Shown: in pieces, positions 9,012-16,697 of the stretch
How positions within the stretch are numbered: position 1 is the first letter of the stretch
Layout of the letters: each line of letters opens with the position of its first letter
From: an uncultured Pseudomonadota bacterium
GTDB lineage: Bacteria > Pseudomonadota > Gammaproteobacteria > Steroidobacterales > Steroidobacteraceae
Length of the DNA stretch: 64,000 nucleotides
NCBI GenBank assembly: GCA_903884105.1
Contig: CAISDJ010000027.1
Span: 604-64,603 of the forward strand
Direction: 5' to 3'
Notes under the pieces: model-generated
Told to the model about the DNA's origin: nothing
Database searches by the model: none
What the model saw: the letters and a program-made list of their open reading frames with translations, nothing else
Translations under genes and position numbers: made by a program

Positions 9012-11009
9012 TTAGCCTGCCTTCAGGAGCGTTCCGAGCTCGGTATGCCCTAGGGCATCGGCAATGTCAGTTGCCGAGTTGCCATCGCTGTTGCGTAGCT
9101 GACGGTTGGCGCCTGCTGCGAGCAGCAACTTCACGATCGGAGTGTGACCGTTTCGTGTAGCGACAATCAGCGCCGTGTTGCCGAAGGCGCCGGTAGCGTT
9201 TGCAGTGGCACCTGCTGCCAACAGACGCTGTACCGTCGAGGCGTGGCCGTTTGCTGCAGCCAGCAGTAGCGGCGACACGCCGCCGCGTACGGCGGAGTTG
9301 GCGTTGACTCCATTGGTGAGCAACAAGGCGACGATTTCCGCCTGACCCTCGCTGGCCGCTGTTGCGAGCGGTGACACACCCTGCTTGTCCTCCTGGTTCC
9401 GGTTCTCCGGTCGGATCAACTGGCGGGCGGCCTCAATGAATCCGGTCTGCGCTGCGTACCACAATGCGGATCTGCCTTCGGCGTCAACCCGCGAAGGATC
9501 GCCGCGATGCTGCAGCAGGATGTCGACGAGGCTGAGCTGCCTCGAACGCGTCGCAATCATCAGGGCATCGCGACCCAGCTTGTCGCTAGCCCCGATATCG
9601 AACCCCGCATCGACCAGTGCCGTCAGAATCTCCGCTTGTTGCGCGCGAGCAGCCGCCAGTACCGGTGGCTCGACGCCATTCGCAGGCGCAGTCCTCGAGA
9701 CGGCTGGCAACAGCAATTGCACCATCTTGAGGTCGCCGTGGCGAATGGCCCAATCGAACCACTGCGGATCGATGGCTGCCGCACCAGCGCCGAGGCTGCG
9801 TACCAAAGGCAGCAACTTCTCTGCCGCGCTCACATTGCGTGACGTGACGGCGTTGCCGAGCGCCGTCCGCAGTTCCGTTGGCGTCCACGGCTCCGTTCGT
9901 CGTGTCGCAATCAGCGAGTTGAGCATGACGGTCGACGGGCGTGTGGCGGCCACGCCAAGGTCCGACCAGCCGGCGTACAGGTCTACTTTTGCTGCGCGAC
10001 GCAGCGGTACGGAGGGCGTTGAAGCTTCTTTCTTGGCGACAGTGGCCGTAATTCCGGCAGCGCGCAACGCCTGGATTGCCGGTATCGATTCGCCGCGCAG
10101 CGCCCAGTCCAGCGCAGTCCAGCCTTCGGTGTTCCGCGCGTTGAACTTCCGTGTGGCTGCCATTCCGCTGAGCAGTGACCTGATGTTGTCCACCCGCTCA
10201 CTCCGTGCTGCATACATGAGCGGAGTGTTGCCAACTGTATCTTGCGCATCGACGTTGGCGCCCGCCTTGACCAGGGCGGAGACAGACGACCCGCTTTCAG
10301 AAGCAGACGCGAGCATCAGGGCCGTGGTGCCAAACCGGTCCGCTCGCTTCGTGTCCGCTCGCTGGCGAAGCAATTCCTGGACCGCATTCCCCGCGCCGGC
10401 TTCAGCAGCGCGCATCAGCGCATCCCTGCCAAACTCGTTAGTGGCATTGGTCAACTCGGGACTGGCGAGGATTCCGAGCAGTGCGGCGTCATCACCATCC
10501 GCTGCCGACCAGAACGCGGCGAGTCTTGCTGAGGGCTCTTTCAGATCCGAAGCTGGCAGGAATTCAAGCGGTAAGCTGCCCCGCTTCAGCGAACGTGACG
10601 CGAGTTCATGGCCGGCCTGAGCGGCAGCCTCCAGCCAGCGCCGCGACGCCTGAACGTCGCGGGGTGCTTCTCGAAGGAAAGACAGGGCAAGGCTGTAGGA
10701 CGCGTTTGCGTGTTTTTGCTCGGCGGCAGCCAGCAGCAATGAACGTTCCCTGGTCACGTCGGCGGTCACGCCCAGACCTGCGCGATAGAGCGAAGCCAGC
10801 AAATATTGAGCATTGGCGTTGCCCTGCGCCGCAAGCGGCTCAAGTGAGCGCACGGCAATCTGGAAGTTCTTCAGTCGGATGGCCGCCAGCGCGGGCTCCA
10901 TGGCAGGCTGCGCTGTGTAGGGGCGCGCTGCAGTCTCCGCCGCGAAAGTAGGAGCGCAGCCCAACAGCCATACCAGCGTGCATGTACGGAGGCCGTTACG
11001 CAGTACCAT
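9012..11009 (-). CDS. Secreted Sel1-repeat plus ankyrin-repeat protein
   Basis: Signal-like N-terminus MVLRNGLRTCTLVWLLGCAPTFA. Sel1 motifs (GNANAQYLLASLYRAGLGV, ...SYSLALSF). Two blocks of ANK repeats (G.TALM.A...G....V..LL..GA..N). The ORF overlaps the 3' end of the upstream oxidoreductase gene. The start could be 11072 or 11009. Confidence 0.8.
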   Translation of the reverse strand: MVLRNGLRTCTLVWLLGCAPTFAAETAARPYTAQPAMEPALAAIRLKNFQIAVRSLEPLAAQGNANAQYLLASLYRAGLGVTADVTRERSLLLAAAEQKHANASYSLALSFLREAPRDVQASRRWLEAAAQAGHELASRSLKRGSLPLEFLPASDLKEPSARLAAFWSAADGDDAALLGILASPELTNATNEFGRDALMRAAEAGAGNAVQELLRQRADTKRADRFGTTALMLASASESGSSVSALVKAGANVDAQDTVGNTPLMYAARSERVDNIRSLLSGMAATRKFNARNTEGWTALDWALRGESIPAIQALRAAGITATVAKKEASTPSVPLRRAAKVDLYAGWSDLGVAATRPSTVMLNSLIATRRTEPWTPTELRTALGNAVTSRNVSAAEKLLPLVRSLGAGAAAIDPQWFDWAIRHGDLKMVQLLLPAVSRTAPANGVEPPVLAAARAQQAEILTALVDAGFDIGASDKLGRDALMIATRSRQLSLVDILLQHRGDPSRVDAEGRSALWYAAQTGFIEAARQLIRPENRNQEDKQGVSPLATAASEGQAEIVALLLTNGVNANSAVRGGVSPLLLAAANGHASTVQRLLAAGATANATGAFGNTALIVATRNGHTPIVKLLLAAGANRQLRNSDGNSATDIADALGHTELGTLLKAG

Positions 11010-12354
11010 ATTTGGTCTCCACCTCGACGCCAGCCTGGCGCAGGAAGTCATTGGGAAGGACGCCTCCTGCATTGACGATCACCGACTGATTCTCCACCTC
11101 GAACTTGTTGCCCTTATGGTCCAGCAGCACGCGGTCCGTCGCGATCTGCCTGACCGTTGAGCCAAGCCGCAAGTCGAGTTCGCCCGACTTTGCGGCAGCC
11201 GCAACGCGATCGCGGTTCCTGGGCTTGGCTCGATCAAAGGCATCGCCGCGATAAGATAGCGTAACCTGCGTTCCTCCCAGTTCGGCGATGCTCGCTGCTG
11301 CTTCCAGCGCGCTATCTCCGCCGCCAACCACCAGGACGTGCTGGCCCTTGTACTGCTCCGGATCGAGGAGGCGGTATACGACCTTCGGCAGGTCCTCGCC
11401 TGGGACTCCCAGCTTGCGCGGTGTGCCGCGACGGCCAATGGCGAGCAGCACATTCCTGGTGCGGTACTCACCCTTCGGGGTCTTGACAAGGAAGCCCTGT
11501 GCTCCCAGGTTCTGCACGCCTTCGACTCGTTCCTTGTAGTTGATCTGCACCCCCGATTTCTTCTCGATGCTCTGCCAGAACTCAAGCAGTTCCTCTTTCG
11601 TCGTGCGGGTGAAATTCACCTTGCCGACAATCGGCAGCGTGGCGGCCTGCGTCATGACGAGCTTGGCTCTGGGATACTGGAATACACAACCACCCAGCGA
11701 CTCTTGCTCCAGCGTAACAAAACGCAGGCGCTTGGACAGGGCGGAAAGCGACGCAGCGAAGCCCGCAGGGCCCGCGCCGACGATGACGAGATCCAGAAGA
11801 TCCGCGCCTCCGCGGGGGCGGTGCTTCTCGATCATTTCAACAACCTGTTTGCCCTGCTCGAGCGCGTTGCGGATCAGGCCCATGCCGCCAAGCTCGCCGG
11901 CCACAAAAATGCCTGGCACGTTGGTTTCAAAGTGCGGTGTCAACACCGGAATGTCGATGCCGCGCTTCTCGGTGCCGAATACGAGTGTGATGGCGCCCAC
12001 TGGGCAGGCGGTACGGCATGCGCCGTGGCCGATGCAGTCTGTTGGACTCACCAGCTCTGCCTTGCCATTGATGAGGCCAAGCACGTGGTGGTGAGGTTGC
12101 TCCGGACAGGCCGTCACGCACGAGCCGCAGCCGATGCAGAGCGAAGGATCGATGATCGGATGCAGAGACGGTGGCTCAATCAAGCCGGCGCTCAAGGATT
12201 CGAATTTCGCTTCTGCGCTCTTGCGCGCCGTGTGGGCGCGCTGCCGACCGAACCACAGCCACAGAAGCAGCATTGGCACGATGTAGATTGCGTATTCGAG
12301 CACACTCACTCCGAAAGTCTTGCTGAGGTCGTCGGTATCCATGCCTGCTGGCAC
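10996..12354 (-). CDS. Membrane-anchored 2x[4Fe-4S] ferredoxin-domain / FAD-NAD(P) pyridine nucleotide-disulfide-family oxidoreductase
   Basis: N-terminal TM helix YAIYIVPMLLLWLWFG. CIGCGSCVTACPE and CIGHGACRTACPVGAI cluster motifs. Dinucleotide folds VIVGAGPAGFAASL and VLVVGGGDSALEAA. Confidence 0.8.
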   Translation of the reverse strand: MPAGMDTDDLSKTFGVSVLEYAIYIVPMLLLWLWFGRQRAHTARKSAEAKFESLSAGLIEPPSLHPIIDPSLCIGCGSCVTACPEQPHHHVLGLINGKAELVSPTDCIGHGACRTACPVGAITLVFGTEKRGIDIPVLTPHFETNVPGIFVAGELGGMGLIRNALEQGKQVVEMIEKHRPRGGADLLDLVIVGAGPAGFAASLSALSKRLRFVTLEQESLGGCVFQYPRAKLVMTQAATLPIVGKVNFTRTTKEELLEFWQSIEKKSGVQINYKERVEGVQNLGAQGFLVKTPKGEYRTRNVLLAIGRRGTPRKLGVPGEDLPKVVYRLLDPEQYKGQHVLVVGGGDSALEAAASIAELGGTQVTLSYRGDAFDRAKPRNRDRVAAAAKSGELDLRLGSTVRQIATDRVLLDHKGNKFEVENQSVIVNAGGVLPNDFLRQAGVEVETKYGTA

Positions 12355-12832
12355 TACCGTATCGGTCGCTGGAATCCCGCCGAGCGATCTTGACTGCTGG
12401 TCATGTCGAACGTCGATACAGGACCCCGCGCCGACAGACTACAGGCAAAGCAAGGCTGCGGTCGCGAAGTCAGTAACAGTTTCAACACCGTCCGTAGCTA
12501 CCCAACGAAACGAGTTCGGCACGACGGAGCCACGCTGCCGTCCGCGTTGACCGAGAACGTCGGTGCGGCCCGAGTATCGGCGGAACAGTCTTAACTGATC
12601 CTTAAGATCCAGAGCGGCAGCGATGCGCAATGGCCAAATATGTTGGTGGTTGGCGACAGATGACCATTTTGTGAAGTGGTCGACACCTGTAACTGTCGTC
12701 GGGCCCAGACAAGTCACTAAATTTCCAGTGCGGAGCCGCCATGCTTCCCACTAAACTTCTACATAACAAGAACGATTGTCCCGATGCCTCGAAAGCAGGC
12801 CGGGAAACGGCGGATTTAGGGAGTTTCACTGC

Positions 12833-14086
12833 ATGTCATTGATGGCGACATTTTGGGTCATGGCCGGATTCGCGGCGGGCATTGCTGCCTGCTTCGTCCT
12901 GCTGCCGATTCTTCGTGGCCCTGCGGACGAGCCAGCCAAGAATGGCCGGCGGGTGTTGGTTGGCGCAGCGGCCGCGGTGGGACTGTTTGGCCTCGCCATC
13001 GCAATTTATCTGCAGTTAGGTCGGCCTGATTCACTGGACGCGAGCCTGGGAAGCGCTCCTCACGCCGGTGTTTCCTCTGGAGAGAGCGGGCAAGTGGGCT
13101 CGATGGAAGCGTCCATCCAGAAGCTTGCTGACAAGTTGGCAGCGGGCGGCGGCACCGATGCGGAATGGGATCTCTTGGCACAGTCCTATGAGTTCCTGGG
13201 GAACGCGGAGGCTGCAAGCGAGGCGAGGCAGCACAGGGTTCCAGGCGCAGTGCAGCCTGCGGCACAGCTGGTGAATGACCTCACTACCTATGAAGATAAA
13301 GTCGGGGTTGCGCCGAAGGACGTTGGGTCCTGGCTCGGGATGGCTGGGCTCAAGCGCACGCAACGTGACTTCGCGGGCGCCGTCGCAGCCTACGAAAAGG
13401 TGCGTGAACTCAAGGGTATGACGGCGGATTCATGGGCGGACTATGCAGATGCGCTGGCTTCCCAACCCGGCGGTTCGCTGCGAGGCAAGTCTGCAGAGGC
13501 GATAGAGCAGGCACTCAAGATGGATCGGAATCATCCCAAGGCCTTGTGGCTGAAGGCGACGCTCGCGATTCAGGAGAAGCGCTTCAGTGAGGCGACCCGC
13601 CTGTGGCGGCAACTGCGTGGCGTGTTGCCCGCCGACTCTCCTGACGTACGCATTATCGAGGCCAACATTGCGGAGGCCGAGGCCCTGGCGAAGGGTGGCA
13701 GTCCTGCGCAGGCTGCGGTGGCACCAGCGCCTGCTGTAGCCGTGCAGATTGAAGGTACAGTAGATCTGGATCCTGCCTTGCGATCCAAGGTCACTCAGGG
13801 TATGACGCTCTATATCTATGCGAAGGTGCCCAATGCGCCGGGTCCGCCGCTGGCTGTTTCACGGGTCGCCGCGGGTTCCTGGCCTGCGCGCTTCGTACTC
13901 GATGACACCCAGTCGATGTTGCCGGACCGTCGGCTGTCCGACTTCCCGCAGGTCATCATTGAAGCGCGGCTTTCAAAGAGCGGCCAGGCAATCGCAGCCG
14001 CAGGCGACCTGCAGGGGCGCAGCGGCACGGTCGACACACGGGCTGCCAGGCCCGTCAACCTGAAGATCGACCAGGTCATCGGCTAG
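12833..14086 (+). CDS. ccmI: CcmI/CycH-like c-type cytochrome biogenesis (apocytochrome chaperone) protein
   Basis: N-terminal TM helix MATFWVMAGFAAGIAACFVLLPILRG, TPR-like middle region and a CcmI-type C-terminal domain (LYIYAKVPNAPGPPLAVSRV...FVLDD). ATG at 12833; the TTG-12776 extension is unsupported. Confidence 0.72.
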   Translation: MSLMATFWVMAGFAAGIAACFVLLPILRGPADEPAKNGRRVLVGAAAAVGLFGLAIAIYLQLGRPDSLDASLGSAPHAGVSSGESGQVGSMEASIQKLADKLAAGGGTDAEWDLLAQSYEFLGNAEAASEARQHRVPGAVQPAAQLVNDLTTYEDKVGVAPKDVGSWLGMAGLKRTQRDFAGAVAAYEKVRELKGMTADSWADYADALASQPGGSLRGKSAEAIEQALKMDRNHPKALWLKATLAIQEKRFSEATRLWRQLRGVLPADSPDVRIIEANIAEAEALAKGGSPAQAAVAPAPAVAVQIEGTVDLDPALRSKVTQGMTLYIYAKVPNAPGPPLAVSRVAAGSWPARFVLDDTQSMLPDRRLSDFPQVIIEARLSKSGQAIAAAGDLQGRSGTVDTRAARPVNLKIDQVIG

Positions 14087-14093
14087 GCTCATC

Positions 14094-15050
14094 ATGCAAG
14101 TTTCACGGTACGATCTCGCCTCGCGCGGCGAAGCACTGACTCCTGATCCGGTTGGATCCTCCCCGGATGAACGGGTGGTGGCCAATCGACGCGGTGTCCA
14201 TGTCCGCTCTCGCTGGCAGCGGTGGATCACGTTCGACAGCGTGTTCCTGACAATCGCTGCCTTGGTCGTCCTTGTCGGCTGGCGGTTTCCCACGGAGCGA
14301 TTCATTTCGCCCGCCGCCGGGCTCGGCTATGCACTCGGGATCACGGGCGGCAGCCTGATGCTGATCCTGCTGCTCTATCCACTGCGCAAGCGGATCGCGT
14401 GGTTTTCGAAGTTGGGGTCAGTCAAGGCCTGGTTCCAGGTGCATATCGTTTTCGGCGTAGTAGGTCCGATCTGCGTGCTTTATCACTCCAACTTTTCGCT
14501 CGGTGCGACCAATAGCAACGTTGCGTTGGCGTTGATGCTCGTCATTCTCGGAAGCGGCCTGCTTGGGCGGTATTTCTACGCCAAGATTCACGATGGTCTG
14601 ACGGGCCACGAAACCAACTATGCGGACCTCAAGGCGAATGCAGAAAGGCTGCGGACCGTCACGCTGTCCGTCAAGTTCATGCCGGAGCTGCTGACTCGTC
14701 TCGCCAATGAGGAGAAGCACCTCGTGGAGAACGCGCAGCGGTGCCCGGCGCTATTGCGGCCTCTCTATCTGGCTTGGTGCAGCCTTCGGGGCAGGTTGCG
14801 GCTCAACAGGCACGTCCGCCTTGCGCTCACGGCAGCGGCGTCCCAGTCGCAACTGATCGATGCGCATCGGGATCGTCTGCAGGAAACGGCGTACGCATAC
14901 ATCGACAGGCGGATGTCCGCTACTCAAAGCGTCGCCGAATACCAGACCTATGCGAACTTGTTTTCGTGGTGGCATCTGCTCCACCTGCCGTTGTTCTTCC
15001 TGATGCTGGTTGCCGGCATCGTGCATGTGGTCGCCGTACACGCGTACTGA
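14094..15050 (+). CDS. Integral membrane protein, about 5 TM helices, His-rich (unknown family)
   Basis: Starts 7 nt after the ccmI-like gene. The TM helices contain histidines (WFQVHIVFGVVGPICVLYH; WWHLLHLPLFFLMLVAGIVHVVAVH). Confidence 0.6.
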   Translation: MQVSRYDLASRGEALTPDPVGSSPDERVVANRRGVHVRSRWQRWITFDSVFLTIAALVVLVGWRFPTERFISPAAGLGYALGITGGSLMLILLLYPLRKRIAWFSKLGSVKAWFQVHIVFGVVGPICVLYHSNFSLGATNSNVALALMLVILGSGLLGRYFYAKIHDGLTGHETNYADLKANAERLRTVTLSVKFMPELLTRLANEEKHLVENAQRCPALLRPLYLAWCSLRGRLRLNRHVRLALTAAASQSQLIDAHRDRLQETAYAYIDRRMSATQSVAEYQTYANLFSWWHLLHLPLFFLMLVAGIVHVVAVHAY

Positions 15051-15123
15051 CGCGGGGTGGTTCGATCATGAATGCAAGGACAGACGGTACAGCGCGGGCA
15101 ATGATTGCGGAGCAGTGGCGCTC

Positions 15124-16689
15124 GTGAGGGCAAGCTGGATCTACAGACTGGTGGGGGCCTTGGGAATGCTCGTTGGGGCAGTACAGGTTCATGCGGCTAG
15201 CCAGGCTCTCGAGCGTCTCTTGATGCCGGGACCGGTGTCTGCTGCCCATGCAAAGTATGAGACTGACTGCGCGCAGTGCCACGATTTCGCAAACCGGCCG
15301 GGCCAGGCCCAGTTATGCGCAACCTGTCATGAGCCGGTTCGAGACGACATTCGAGCGGGAAAGGGGTTGCATGGCCGCCTACCGAACGCCGCCATGCTGC
15401 AATGTCGCGGATGCCATACCGAGCACAAGGGGCGCGACACCGATATCGTCAAGTTTGTGGCGCTTGAGTTTGATCACTCGAAGACGGACTTCGAGCTGGC
15501 GGACGCGCATGCCACCGTGCCCTGCGCAAGCTGCCACCAAGCCGGAAAGCCCTATCGAGAGGCTGCGGGTCAGTGCAGCGGATGCCACCTGAAGGACGAG
15601 CCACATGAGGGTCGATTGGGTAAGGACTGCGCGAGCTGTCATGATTCTGTGGCATGGAGCCGGACTCGCTACGACCACGGCAAGACGAAGTTCCCACTGG
15701 AGAACAAGCACGCAGAAGTCCCTTGCGCTGCCTGCCACTTTGGCAATCGCTACGACGGGACTCCTCAGGCCTGCGCCTCATGCCACTCGCCGGATGATGT
15801 GCATCGCGGAGCCCGCGGTACCGACTGCGCGTCGTGCCATACCACCAAGGAATGGCAGACGGCGCGCTTCAACCACGAGAAGGAGACGGGCTTCGCCTTG
15901 CGGGGTGCACACGCAGACGCCGCCTGCGCGAGTTGCCACAAGACCGGTCGTTATGAAGACAAAGTGCCAAAGGACTGTCACGGATGCCATCTCGCCGAAG
16001 ACACCCATGCCGGCCGCCTTGGGGAGAAGTGCGGTGATTGCCACACGAATGATGCGTTCAAGCCAGCGAAGTTCGACCACGACAAGGATACCAAGTACCT
16101 CCTTGAGGGAGAGCACAAACAGGTTTCCTGCCACGCATGCCATACCGCTCCGGTCGCGCAGCAGTCGTTGCAGTCCAACTGCTCGTCCTGCCATGCGGCG
16201 AACGACGTTCATGCCGCAAAGCTCGGGACACAATGCGAGTCCTGTCATGCGCCGGCCGGGTGGCGCTTTGATGTCCGCTTCGACCATGACCTCAGTGATT
16301 TCCAGCTTCTCGGGCAGCACGCTGCGGTCCCCTGCGAGCAGTGCCATCTGACACAGTCATTCAAGGATACGGCGTCCGGGTGCAACGACTGTCACGCGAA
16401 GACTGACGTCCACAAAGGCAGTCTTGGCAAGGAATGCGCCAGCTGCCATTCCCCGAACGGATGGGGGATCTGGGAGTTTGATCATGGCAAGCAGACCGGG
16501 TTTGGCCTGACCGGCGCGCACGGGAAGCTCACGTGCGCAGGTTGCCATCGCCAGCCGCCAGATGTCGTCAAGCTGTCACAGGACTGTGTGGCGTGCCACC
16601 AGGACGATGACGCTCACTTCGGTGATTTCGGACGGCAGTGCGAGCGCTGCCACGTCACCCTGTCATTCAAGCAAGTGCGTATCCGTTAG
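15124..16689 (+). CDS. Multihaem c-type cytochrome, 21 CXXCH motifs (seven c7-like trihaem modules)
   Basis: I counted 21 CXXCH motifs by eye. The GTG at 15124 gives a Sec-type signal, VRASWIYRLVGALGMLVGAVQVHAAS. The upstream part of ORF 15010 overlaps the preceding gene. Confidence 0.9.
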   Translation: MRASWIYRLVGALGMLVGAVQVHAASQALERLLMPGPVSAAHAKYETDCAQCHDFANRPGQAQLCATCHEPVRDDIRAGKGLHGRLPNAAMLQCRGCHTEHKGRDTDIVKFVALEFDHSKTDFELADAHATVPCASCHQAGKPYREAAGQCSGCHLKDEPHEGRLGKDCASCHDSVAWSRTRYDHGKTKFPLENKHAEVPCAACHFGNRYDGTPQACASCHSPDDVHRGARGTDCASCHTTKEWQTARFNHEKETGFALRGAHADAACASCHKTGRYEDKVPKDCHGCHLAEDTHAGRLGEKCGDCHTNDAFKPAKFDHDKDTKYLLEGEHKQVSCHACHTAPVAQQSLQSNCSSCHAANDVHAAKLGTQCESCHAPAGWRFDVRFDHDLSDFQLLGQHAAVPCEQCHLTQSFKDTASGCNDCHAKTDVHKGSLGKECASCHSPNGWGIWEFDHGKQTGFGLTGAHGKLTCAGCHRQPPDVVKLSQDCVACHQDDDAHFGDFGRQCERCHVTLSFKQVRIR

Positions 16690-16697
16690 AGGCAGTC

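Noticed and set aside
8961-9012. The GACTCG-N14-CGAGTC hairpin between the convergent Cys-rich and ankyrin genes, as a bidirectional terminator.
   Set aside because: The stem is only 6 bp with a 14-nt loop and no flanking T/A tracts, which is too weak to call.
12403-12829. Three ORFs of 60-90 aa inside the divergent intergenic region of the cytochrome locus.
   Set aside because: They show no motifs, overlap each other on both strands, and have atypical composition. The region is treated as regulatory DNA instead.
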